Assembly (NCBI GenBank): GCA_951406725.2 | Contig: OX597833.1 | Location: forward strand, 41,788,001 to 41,852,000 | DNA from: Octopus vulgaris | Taxonomy: Eukaryota | DNA: 64,000 nucleotides | Reading direction: 5' to 3' | Shown: piece after piece, positions 38,591-50,515 of the stretch | Position numbering within the stretch: the first letter of the stretch is position 1 | Layout of the letters: the number at the start of each line of letters is the position of its first letter | Translations under genes and position numbers: made by a program | The notes under the pieces: generated by a model | Seen by the model: only the letters and a program-made list of their open reading frames with translations | What the model was told of the DNA's origin: nothing | Database searches by the model: none

Positions 38591-39515
38591 AAGTATATTC
38601 ATTTGAGAACAGTATAAAATTTATTTTTGCATGGAAAATGTTGACAGTGATTTAGAAGTTTCTTCAGTATTTGGTTTGATCAGATGTAATTCTGTATTTT
38701 TGCTTTGGTAAGGAAAATATTAGCTTCATAAAACTGATACGCTTTGTAGTTGTAGATATGAGTTACATGCTTGGGTCCAAATTTGAATATTTTATAAACC
38801 ATGACATGTCGGTTCGAAGAACAAGAACAAGAAGAAGATATAACACCACCCCGCCCACCAAAATAAAAAAAAAAACAGAAGAAAGGAAGAAATTCTAGGC
38901 TGGTTATAGTTCTAGGAGGGGAGTGAAGAATAGACATATACACACATACACATGTGCACACATACACACACATGTGCATGCATACACACACACAAAGAAC
39001 AAAGGACAAATTCAATGGCATTAGTTGTGAAAAACGGATTTTATTGAGCTAAATTTGACACAGTATACATCTAAACAAAGGTTTGTAAGAACCAAAGAAA
39101 TGTATTTTAGGGTCAAATTAGAATATATGCTAATATTAACACAGGCAATGTACTATTGTAAGTTTTCTATTAATTGTTTAGAAGCCACCAACACTTGTCT
39201 CACACACACATGCACTCAGAACCAAGCTAATAGTTTAGGAGTGAAATTTAGGATTTCTGGTTTTTCTGTTAATTAATTTTGATAAAACTTTTCCCAGCTG
39301 GTTTGCACACTATGGCAACACCATTGTTATGTTTTTATTATTCTGTGTATTGTCGTTTCTTTTTTATTTCAGATTCTTCAGTTTTTGGGTGAATCATGCT
39401 AATAGTTTTGAATGAAAATAGTCCATCTAGACATTTTTTTTTTTCAGAAAAATGAAGGGTAATGATACATAATAAACAAATATTGAGTATATATTTAACA
39501 GAAAACCATAATAAT

Positions 39516-39894
39516 ATTAAATCTCTGAACGAGATATAAACAGTAACCGCTCGACAACGTAAGGGGTATCAGCCATCTGAATGTGGCTAGGCACTGGGGG
39601 TGGTGGTGGGGTGTTACTGATGCTTTTAGCCCCAGGCGATCAACGTCACCAGAAGGACTTTAGACACTATCTCAGTGTCCTTGTTTGTTTGTAAAGGGAG
39701 GTCATCCTCCATCGAAGATCCGGGTACTACATACGGACTATAGTTTCAAGGTCATTGCCTCTTGTCAACGCATGGTAAGCACCGGTCTTCGATGAAGGAT
39801 TCCCTTTACAAACAATATATAATGTTTTTCACAGTAACCACTGTCACTGATGTAGATATAAACAGTAACCGCTCGACAACGTAAGGGGTATCAG
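39516..39894 (-). mobile_element. TSD-flanked, terminally redundant non-coding retroelement carrying a hammerhead ribozyme (retrozyme-like)
   Basis: ccataataat duplicated at 39506-39515 and 39895-39904. Identical 45-bp direct repeat at 39532-39576 and 39854-39898. Internal hairpin 39685-39815. Confidence 0.7.
39730..39774 (-). ncRNA. Minimal type I hammerhead ribozyme, U3-A8 core variant
   Basis: Minus strand: catgcg UUGACAA gagg-caauga-ccuu GAAAC uaua GUC cguaug. Stems I and II pair; the stem III region is palindromic. Confidence 0.7.
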
Positions 39895-40202
39895 CCATAA
39901 TAATGGTGTTGCCATAGTGTGCAAACCAGCTAGGAAAAGTTTTATCAAAATTGATTCACAGAAAACCAAGAAATCCTAAACTTTGAGAGGCTGATGTTTT
40001 TGAAGGGCAACCAGCATCAGATTAGGGCAATGGAGAAACCCAGCTGAGCAGTACACCTTGATCACCATCTGATCTTGGTATGATACCTATGCTATACTAA
40101 ACCTTTTTGATTTGTTTAATAGTTTTGTACAGTATATAAAGTGTATGTTGACTGAAAAACTAATGTTTAATTTCATTTGTTCATTTAATTATTTGCACAA
40201 GT

Positions 40203-40582
40203 GTAGGAGTGGCTGTGTGGTAAGTAGCTTGCTTACCAACCACATGGTTCCGGGTTCAGTCCCATTGTGTGGCACCTTGGGCAAGTGTCTTCTACTATAG
40301 CCTCGAGCCGACCAAAGCCTTGTGAGTGGATTTGGTAGATGGAAACTGAAAGAAGCCTGTCATATATATGTATGTATGTATATGTTTGTGTGTCTGTGTT
40401 TGTCACCCCAACATCACTTGACAACCAATGCTGGTGTGTTTATGTTCCCGTAACTTAGTGGTTCGGCAAAAGAGTCTGGTAGAATAAGTACTAGGCTTAC
40501 AAAGAATAAGTCCTGGGGTTGATTTGCTCGACTAAAGGCGGTGCTCCAGCATGGCCACAGTCCAAGTAAAAGAATAAAAGAG
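40203..40582 (+). mobile_element. SINE family A
   Basis: Full consensus. Confidence 0.88.
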
Positions 40583-41857
40583 TATACACCTTGATCATCA
40601 TTTGATCTTGGCATTCTATACCTTTTTGGGAAGTTCTATGTCTAAGCAACAACATGAAAATTTCAGCTCTCTAGGTCTGTTTTTAAGGGTTTTAGAGCCA
40701 AAAATCAAACCAAAGCTAAATTCATATGATAAAAGTTAGAGGTTATCAGTTAGTGTTAGCATCTGCTAATTTCTTTACCTGTTTAGTGGATTAGTGTTAG
40801 CGGATTAGTGGTTAGAGCAGCTAACTTTTTGGTTAGCTGTGCCCATCATATAATATGATAAAGTTAGTGCTAGCTTCTGCTAATTTTTTTACTTGTTTAG
40901 TGGATGTATTAGCAAAGCTAACTTTTTTAGTTAGCAGATTAGTGTTAACTATTCAATTACATATCAATTACAATTAAAAAGCAATGAAAAATTTTAGCGA
41001 ACAAAATAATTAAGTAACTATCGAAATATTTCTATATATCTCCATATTAATCCAAATTCGTTTATGTTGAAGAGAATCTTTCACTATTATAACATACAAC
41101 AATAATATATATGTGTATATAATTAAGTATCTGGGTCTTGCTTTATCTAGAACTTAATTAATTACTTTGTCTGTTAAAATTTTTTGTTGTTTTTTTAATT
41201 GTAATTGATATGTAATTGAATAGTTAACACTCACGCTCATAATACGTAGGCATTTGAATTAATTTTTTACAATCCAACCGTCCTTTCACACAGAATTTCA
41301 TCTATCTTTAAACTCTGGCTTTGATGAGGCTTATATATAAGGGAATTGTTTATATATCAAAAAAATGTATATAAGTCAAAACAAATTGTTGGCATTTTGA
41401 TGTTTTAATAATTGTTTATGTTATCTTATCTAATATTATATTCATAGTATATTATGTTATATTATAATATAAATAAACCATTGGATTGTCAATTGTACCT
41501 CTCTATTTAATTTTATCTTATATATATATATATATATATAATATAGGATAAAATTTTTCGAAAAACATTTTATCAATGGCCAGCATATTAAAAAATACTT
41601 TTAAAGGTTAAATTTATAAACAACTTATAAAACAAGGGCAAAAGAAAAAAATTCTAATGCCAAATATGCCGAAAATAGACAAATTAACTCTGAAATTAGG
41701 ACCAATACGGTAATAATGGAATTTTTTAGAAATTTCTGTCGGCTTGTTTTGAGACGCATGTTAATAGTGATAAATTATATGGTTATTGACAATTTGTCTA
41801 TTTTCGGCATATTTGGCATTAGAATTTTTTTCTTTTGCCCTTGTTTTATAAGTTGTA

Positions 41858-41899
<42 letters not shown>

Positions 41900-42128
41900 T
41901 AGATAGATAGATATAATGTAATAAACTAAGGAAAGGAATTCCTTCAAAGAGGTGTGTAAAACAACCAATTCACTAATACATCACTTGAATACCATATAAA
42001 AATGGGTATAATGCAAATTACAAACTATAAATTAGATAGATTCAATTGGCAATCCAATAATTCATTTATATGATAATATAACATAATATACTATGAATAT
42101 AATGTATATATAATATCACATAAAAAAT

Positions 42129-42219
42129 CAAAATAGCCAACAATTTTTTTCGACTTGTATACATTATTTGATTTATAAATAATACACATCTACTTATATA
42201 AGTCTCTTCAGAGTTTTGG
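42129..42219 (-). ncRNA. Hammerhead-like motif with long stem II, partly degenerate
   Basis: Minus strand: caaaact CUGAAGA gacuuauaua...uauacaaguc GAAA aaaauu GUU ggcuauuuug. A related, more decayed plus-strand copy is at about 41316-41400. Confidence 0.45.
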
Positions 42220-42571
42220 TTTATGAACAGATGAAATCCTATGTGGAAGGATGGCTGGATTGTAAAAAAATGAATTCAAATGCTTATGTATTATTAGTGT
42301 GAGTGTTAACTTTTCAACTACATAACAATTGCAATTGTTATGTAGTGGACATTAAATAAATTATTGGATTGTCAATTGAATCTCTTAATTTAATTTATTG
42401 TTTATATATATATGTATATATATATATATATATATATAAGCGATAATGGTGTCATTGAGACCCAAAGGTGTCAGGTAATGCTGAATAAGTGCTATAGACA
42501 GACCATAGTTAAGTTCCAGATTTGGTAATATTGCGAATAAAGGGTTCAACATTGGTTCTATGTCAGCGTGT

Positions 42572-42983
42572 GTATATAAGAATTTTTTGCATAATAAGAT
42601 AAAAAAACCAAGGCTGTATAGATATTAGAGCATTTATAGATAGGTCTTACAGCTGTTTCTAGGATATTAATTAATAATATCCCTTCATTGGAGACGGTGT
42701 GAAAGGAAAATTAAGTCATAGTTAGTTTAGATGTGATACAAAATAGAGAGTGAGGTGGAGGAAAGAAAATAGATGTAAGATATGTGTGGGTATTGAAGTT
42801 GTAAATCCGTTTTATAGGCATAATGGTATATATGCAATATTCCAATATCCTTTGAGTAAAATCCAAAAGTCCAACCGAGTTTAATATGAGTCCTTCCAAA
42901 TACAGAGCTGTAAGACCTTCTATCTATAAATGGTCTAATATCTATACAGCCTTGGTTTTTTTTATCTTATTACGCAAAAAATT

Positions 42984-42990
<7 letters not shown>
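42572..42990. mobile_element. Penelope-like short element with terminal inverted arms and a degenerate HHR (42644-42695, minus strand)
   Basis: 42572-42654 is inverted at 42906-42990. Minus strand: gucu CCAAUGA ...ggauauua/uaauaucc... GAAAC agcu GUA agac. Partial copy at 44113-44190. Confidence 0.6.
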
Positions 42991-43021
<31 letters not shown>

Positions 43022-43042
43022 GTATTAATGGAAAACCTCTAT

Positions 43043-43134
43043 TAATGGCTGATGATTCCTCAGCATTTTAAAACTGTTGTAATACTTACAACATTTAATA
43101 AAATGATGTAGCATGAAACGATCGTACCAAATTA
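43043..43134 (+). ncRNA. Type I hammerhead ribozyme motif, intact core
   Basis: uaaugg CUGAUGA (43049-43055), long stem II with uguuguaa/uuacaaca, GAAAC gauc GUA cca..uua. The base of stem II is mismatched. Confidence 0.6.
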
Positions 43135-43265
43135 CCGAAGTTATTCTTGTTGCTTATTTTGATTATAATCACCCCATGGATTTATATGGATAACACCATT
43201 CAAAATTCTGGTGCATCTAACTTAAGTACCATATTCATTTGAATCTAAATTTTGCTGAACTTATG

Positions 43266-43299
<34 letters not shown>

Positions 43300-44394
43300 C
43301 GCATACACATACACATACCATGCATACACAGATGTGCACACATATCATCATCATCATTTATCGTCCACCTTCCATTTATGCATGGGTAGGATGGTTAGGT
43401 GCCGGCCAGGTAGAAGACTACCCCAGGCTACAGTGTCTATTTTGGCAAGGTCTTTATGGCTGGATGCCCTTCCTACCACCAACCACTCTGCTGAGTGAAC
43501 TGAGTGCTTTTTTCATGGTACCAGAACTGGCAGGGCCACCAAGTAACTTGCAAGACAAGGAATTTTGAGAGGGTAGGGGGCATTGGAGGAGAGGGTCTTG
43601 TATCAAATGATGGAGTACGACAGAGAGACTGATCAGCAGAAACAGGTGTGCTGATGTAAAGGAGATACTTGCAAACCTAGCCAGAGGGAAAAGCAGGAGA
43701 AGGAGAGAGAGAGAGAGAGAGAGAGAGTGATCAAGAATGAGGTCAGAAACAGGTCTGCTGCTGTAGAGAAGATACATGGCTACCCAACCAGAAGGAAGAG
43801 CAAGGGAAGGAGAGAGAGTGGGAAACAACAAAAGTGCAAGAGAGAGCAGGAGAGAGATGGTGCTAGAGTGCCAGGGTAGCAAGGATCAGACAATAGATAG
43901 GATGGAAGAGAGAGATAAATGGTGACAATTGTCAGGGCATGCCCTCAAGATACGGAGGTCATAATGTACGTGGCCTTGCCAAGAAGGCATGAGCAGGGAG
44001 TAGGGATTGCAGTGACTGATGAAAACCTGGGTATAAAAGGTGGGGGTAAAGAAAAGCAGCAATACAGTGAGGAGGGCAGAGAAGGGGAGTGGGAGACAAC
44101 CATAGTGTATGAAGTTTAATATGAGTACAGAGCTGTAAGACCTATCTATAAATGCTCTAATATCTATACAGCCTTAAAAATTCTTTTATATATACATATA
44201 TATATATACTCACATACACATACACACACACATGCAGGCACACATGTGAGGAAGAGAAAAATGCAGTTTAGAAGAGATGTAGTTTGGTTTTTTGGGGTTG
44301 GGTGTGTGAAAGGTTTATAGCTACATGTGATGGGACACAATGCTTCTAGCACCTAGTTTCACTGATGTGGGTGGCTCTTCTCTAGAACCTCATA

Positions 44395-44790
44395 TCACCA
44401 AGCGTCTTGGTCCATTATCATTTCCTCTGTGGACTCCAACATCCTGAAGTTGGTGCTCACCACTTCTTCTCATGTCTTCCTGGGTCTCCCTCTTTCACAG
44501 GTCCTATCCACTTGTAGTGACAGGCACTTCTGTATACATCTATCTAAACTCATTTGCATCATGTGTCCAAACCAATGCATTCTCCTCTCTTGCATACCAC
44601 ATTTAATTCCTCTTATGCCTAACTTTTCTCTCAACACAGTTGTGCTTTGTTGGTCATGCTCACTGATGTTGCAAATCCAGTGGAGCATACTACCTTCATT
44701 CAGAGCCCATGTCTCACCACCCTGGCATATAGCCATTCATGCACAAGCATCATACAATCTACCTTTCACTTTTTGAAAGAGAGTCCTTTT
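44395..44790 (-). mobile_element. RTE-like LINE fragment
   Basis: Reads LREKLGIRGIKCGMQERRMHWFGHMMQM...RGRPRKT. Confidence 0.8.
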
Positions 44791-44925
44791 GTATTTGCCC
44801 AACCAAACATGCACACAAACATAACACATTAAAGCATTTGCACACACACACATACACATGTAGACATACATACATAGATATATAGATAGATAGATACATA
44901 CATACATACATACATATATATATAT

Positions 44926-45247
44926 AGGAGCACTCCGTCAGTTATGATGACAAGGCTCCCAGCTGATACATTCAACGGAACAGCTTGCTCGTAAAATTAA
45001 CATGCAAATGGCTGAGCATTCCACAGACACGTGTACTCTTAACGTAGTTCGCAAGGAGATTCAGCATAACACAGAGCGTGACAAGGCTGGCCCTTTTTGA
45101 AATACAAGTACTACTCATTTTTGCCAGCTGAGTGGACTGGAGCAATGTGAAATAAAGTGTCTTGCTCAAGGACACAACGCGTCGCTGGGAATCGAACTCA
45201 CAACCTTACGATCATGAACCGAATGCCCCAACTACTAAGCCATGCGC

Positions 45248-45250
<3 letters not shown>
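44926..45250 (-). mobile_element. tRNA-derived SINE family D
   Basis: Reverse complement of a tRNA-like head (ggcttagtag...gagttcgattcc) followed by ccttgagcaagacactttatttcac. Related head/core at 57890-58205 (-) and 53475-53715 (+). Confidence 0.75.
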
Positions 45251-45287
<37 letters not shown>

Positions 45288-45290
<3 letters not shown>

Positions 45291-45500
45291 ATCCAAACAT
45301 GAAAACACAAAGAGAAAACACAACAATGCTAGGATGTGGAACAAATATAGTATTATTGGATGCTAAGGAAAGGAAGAAGGAGGGTTTAACGTTTCGAGCG
45401 GAGCTCTTTGTCTGAAACATAGGAAAAGGAAAGATCCAGAGAAGGGAAGACAGAGGAAAAAAAATCGCCAACGGTACACACACGGTCACATTTTGAATGT
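45288..45500 (-). mobile_element. Short (TA)n-associated element with a degenerate minimal HHR (45384-45418); second copy at 54928-55140
   Basis: The two copies are highly similar. Minus strand: guuu CAGACAA a gagc-ucc-gcuc GAAAC GUU aaac. Confidence 0.6.
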
Positions 45501-46990
45501 ATATATATATATATCATTCCATCTCACAATACTAATGGCATATAAAGAGAAAATTTCATATTGATTGTGAGGTAATTTCTAAATTTTGAATAGAACAAAA
45601 TATCTTACAAACAATTTTTGAAGAAATTTGTGTACCATTTCCATTCTTTTTCCATTGTTATGGTTTGTTGAATAATTTCCCTTCTAACATGGTGTCTTTC
45701 TCTGCGCATCTCCTTCTTCATTCTTTTGTGTATGTCTGTTTGAGTGTTTTTTGGTATGTTTATGAATGCGTTAATGTGTTGATATGTTTGTGCGCATGTT
45801 TGGTCGTGCATATGATATGATGTGTGTGTGTGTGTGTGTGTGATTGATTTAACATTGAATCTTCACTGCGATTTTAGTTGTAAACAAACAATACAACTGA
45901 TGACAGTGCAAAGAGCCTCAACATTACTATGTACACCACCAGCAATATTAACAACATCAACACCAGGAGGCACAATGGCCCAGTGGTTAGGGCAGTGGAC
46001 TCGCGGCTGGAGGATCGCGGTTTCAATTCCCAGACTGGGCGTTGTGTGTGTTTATTGAGTGAAAACACCTAAAATTCCATGAGGCTCCAGCAGGGGTGGG
46101 TGGCGACTCCTGTTGTACTCTTTCGCCCCAACTTTCTCTCACTCTTTCCTCCTGTTTCTTGTCTCCGACTTCCTACGCAACCGCTAAGCCTGGATGTGCA
46201 TTCATCCATCCGTTGATGCTCTCGGTGCCGGGGGTTGACCTGCTTTCTCTTCTGCGGGTCTTACGAAGAGCAAAGGACCACGATTCGGACTTCTCCCGCT
46301 GCGAGCTCTGGGATGAAGACCACTTTGCTCGACAGCAACATCAACACCAGTGACAACAACTACCAGCAAAAACAATATTAACAACAACAACAACAGCAGC
46401 AACAGAAGAAGAAACTTCAGTTCCCAATGACTAGGTTAACAGTATCAGGTTAACTGATACTGTTGTGGCAAAGGAGATACCATAGAAAGAAACAAATACT
46501 GAAGTGTCAGACTGGTAGACAAGTTTATAAAAGTATGCCAAAAAGGTCCATTTTAGCATAAAGAAGTGCTGAGCTCCAATTGTTGAAGGGGTAGACCCAG
46601 GATGACATGAGACAAAGTGGTGAGAAACGATCTTTGGATGCTGGGCCTCACTGAAGAAATGACAAAGGACCAGATGTGGCAATTTGCTGTACCTGACAAG
46701 ATGCACCAAGCTAAGTAAAATCACTGTATTCCACACATACAGGTTTATCCTTTCAGGTGCCACATATAAAGCACCTGTGCATAAATGCACCCGTGCAGAT
46801 GCTGTGTGAATGCACCCATGCTGGTTGCATGTAATAAGCACCCAGCACACTCTGTTAAGTGGTTGGCATTAGGGAGAGTATCCAACCATAGAAACTATAC
46901 CAAAACAGACAACTGGAGAATGATGATGATGATGATGATGATGATATATATATATATATATGAATACTTTACGATCAAGGGCATCATATA

Positions 46991-47236
46991 TTCTTCAGTT
47001 GAATACATGAACTTTACAATCAAGGGCATTCCAAATGATTAAACATATTTTAAAACCCACAGAGCAAAATATTTTCACTGATTCTGCTACTATTTCAGTT
47101 GACTGCCCTTACAATCAAGGGCACTCAACTGAAATAGTAGCAGAATCAGTGAAAATATTTTGCTCTGTGGGTTTTAAAATATGTTCAATCATTTGAAATG
47201 CCCTTGATTGTAAATTTCATGTATTCAGCTGAAGAA
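46991..47236. repeat. Palindrome of about 245 bp at the start of a Penelope-like element that extends to about 47600
   Basis: Arms are reverse-complementary around tgccctt-acaatc-aagggca. The element's 3' end (taacttaagtacc..attca..tgaatct) resembles 43217-43250. Confidence 0.85.
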
Positions 47237-47298
47237 AACGGTGATATAAAATACTTATTAATCAATTAAAGGAGTCATTAGAAATGGCCATCATGAAT
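47223..47298 (+). ncRNA. Type I hammerhead-like motif (AUC triplet)
   Basis: auucag CUGAAGA (47229-47235) ... GAAAU ggcc AUC augaau. Stem II pairs poorly and the first pair of stem I is mismatched. Confidence 0.45.
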
Positions 47299-47624
47299 TG
47301 ACACCTGTCCTTCAACTATTAATTTATATTTTATTCACCTATCTCAGAACATGCCCAAATATACTTCCCAAATTCTGAAGTATATTATGGAATGTAAATT
47401 TAATAAAATGTACATGTCTGAATAGCTCAAGAATGGACAATATACTCAGTTGGGTCAAATTGTCTGCATGTACTACATGAATATCATTCTGCCGGTACTT
47501 CTGTACCAAAGTTGATATTTACATAATATTGTTGTGTGTGTATATTATTCCAAACTACTGTGATGCCTTAACTTAAGTACCTAATTCAACTGAATCTTAT
47601 ATATATATATATATATATTTCATC

Positions 47625-48053
47625 AAAATCAAAATCGAAATCGATCAACACCAATGGAAGTTGTAGCTGTGATACCAGTGCTGGTGGCATGTAAGAGAAC
47701 CATCCAAACGTGGCCGTTGCCAGCGCAGCCCCAACTGGCCTCAGTGCCGGTGACACGTAAAAAGCACCATCCAATCGTGGCTGTTTGCCAGCCTCGCCTG
47801 CCCTCCGTGCCGGTGGCACGTAAAAAGCACCATCCGATCGTGGCCGTTTGCCAGCCTCGTCTGGCACCTGTGCCGGTGGCACGTAAAAATCACCCACTAC
47901 ACTCACGGAATGGTTGGCGTTAGGAAGGGCATCTAGCCGTAGAAACATTGCCAGATCAGACTGGGCCTGGTGCAGCCTTCTGGCTTCCAAGACCCCAGTT
48001 GAACCGTCCAACCCATGCTAGCATGGAAAGCAGACGCTAAACGATGATGATGA
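47625..48053 (+). mobile_element. Non-autonomous retroelement with internal tandem repeats (family of 36125)
   Basis: Three gtgccggtg(g/a)cacgtaaaaa units and a (TGA)n tail. Confidence 0.8.
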
Positions 48054-49049
48054 AATAATTAACATAACATTAAAAAAGTTTATTCAAAAACTACTTGTTG
48101 GAATTCAATGAAATTTTCACAGAATGATGGCAACTGTTACATGTATGCCATGTGTAAAAACGTGAGGTTCCATAAAACAACATAGAAAGTACGACCATGT
48201 CCCAAATTTACATCAACTTTCACTGTTTCAAATTATTAGCGAGGTGTAATTAAAATTCCTGCAAACAAGAAAATACCATTTGAATTGTTTGATGTACATA
48301 CTGAAATAAACACATACAGTCACAAACATGGAAGAAACAGAATTAAACAAATAAACAGTGTTCAAAAATGATAGGTGAGTTGGTTAGTAAGGGATATATG
48401 AGTGTTTGTTTGAAATAAGTTGGAAAAGGTGCTGGTCTATGGAACATGTTAATTTCTGAATTTCCCGATGTTATACCACAGGATACATCCATTATTGCCT
48501 GCCACGGTTCATCCTTGCTCCTAAATATTACATTGCTTGGAAACACATAAAAATTGGTGATATGATGGCATCCAGTTGTAGATTATCTACCTCAACAAAC
48601 TCCATTTGAACTTAATAAACATAAAAAATTGGACATGAAGATGATGATGATGATAATTGGGTTGGACACTTCATTATGTAACGATGACTAAGTTGTTTTC
48701 TCAAAACATTTTAGTGTATATATTTTCGTCAATGAGGTTGTTTAAGCTCTTGTCATATTTCACATTTCACAGTTTATATTGTAATTGATAACAATTACGT
48801 GAGAAAGGCTGAAATATTAATTATACTAATACAAATTCCTGACGTTCACACAACTGCAACCGTTGCCTATTTGATAGTACATACCTATAAATAACCATGA
48901 CTCATCACATACACACACACACATATACTCATTCATACACCAAAACATATACAGAAATATATACACACAAACAGACACAAACACAGACACACATAGACAT
49001 GTGGATGTAATTACTCACATGTAATTACCCGCGCATGCACAAAAACACA

Positions 49050-49198
49050 TGGGTGTGTGGTAAGAAGCTTGTTTCCCTAGCACATGGTTCTGGGTTCAGT
49101 CCTACTGCATGACACCTTGGGAAAGTGTCTTCTACTATTGCCTTGGGCTGATGAAAACCTTATGAGTGGATTTGGTAGACAAAACTGAAAGAAGCCCT

Positions 49199-49243
<45 letters not shown>

Positions 49244-50515
49244 TCGCACATGTATGTGTTTTGTGTCTGTGTTTGTTCCCCTATCACCACTTGATAAACC
49301 ACTGTTGTTGTGTTTACGTCCCTGTAACTTAGTAGTTCAGCAAAATTGACCAATAGAATAATTAGTAGGCTTTAAAAAAATCCTGGGGTTGATTTGTTCG
49401 GCTACAACCCTTCAAGGTGGTGCCCCAGCAGGGCCACAGTCAAATGACTGAAACAAGTGAAAGAATAAAAGAATAAAGACATAAACACATATGTATGCAC
49501 AAACACACACATGCAAGCACATACACATACATGTACACATACAAACACACATATACATGTACACACACACACACACACACACACACATCCTAGCCCTTGT
49601 GGACATTTAGAAATGTGTGATGGTCCCACTGAACAAGGGGAAAGATTCTGTATCAACACTACTGCTGTAATTCTTTGATCTGGTAGAAATAGTAACCAAA
49701 TGTTCCTCAATAAGCACAAGTGTGACTGGCTGTGTTGTAAGAAGCTTGCTTCCCAACCACATGGTTCTATGTTCAGTTCCACTGCATGGCACTGCAGGTA
49801 AGTGTCTTCTACTATAGCCTTGGGCTGACCAATGCCTTGACAGTGGATTTGGTAAATGGAAAGTGAAAGTAGCCTGTCGTGTGTGTGTGTGTATATATAT
49901 ACACACACATGCAGCATGGAATTTTGTCAGTGAACAGGTCATGGTTTCAAAGCAACGAAAATATTTTGACAAATAAATTTAAATGTTGAAGTGAATCTAA
50001 TGGTTTTTGTGTGTTTTTAAATGGCTTAAAAACACCTTCCATTCTGCAATTGTTTTCGTTTCAGCACATGACCTCAGATCAAGTCACTTGCTATGCAAGT
50101 ACATCTCTGTAAATATATATACATATATATATACACATACAAGTAGAGATACTCTGCCTTGCTAGGGATTAAAATGGCATAGTCTTTTTATTGTTTTATT
50201 TGTTTCAGTCATGTGACTATGGCCATAATGGAGCACCACCACTGGTTGAACAAATCGACCACAGGGTATATTCTTTGTAAGCCTAGTACTTATTCTATCA
50301 GTGTCTTTTACTGAACCGCTAAGTTATGGGAATGTAAACACAGCAACATCGGTTGTCAAGCAATGGTGGGGATACAAACAGACACACACACACACACATG
50401 CACACACACACACATGCACACACACACAACTATACACATATATACGATAGTCTTCTTTCAGTTTCAGTGTACGAAATCCACTCACAAGGCTTTGGTCAGC
50501 CTCAGGCTATAATAC
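49050..50515. mobile_element. Cluster of SINE family A copies (49050-49480 +, 49725-49890 +, 50190-50510 -)
   Basis: Consensus matches on both strands. Confidence 0.8.
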
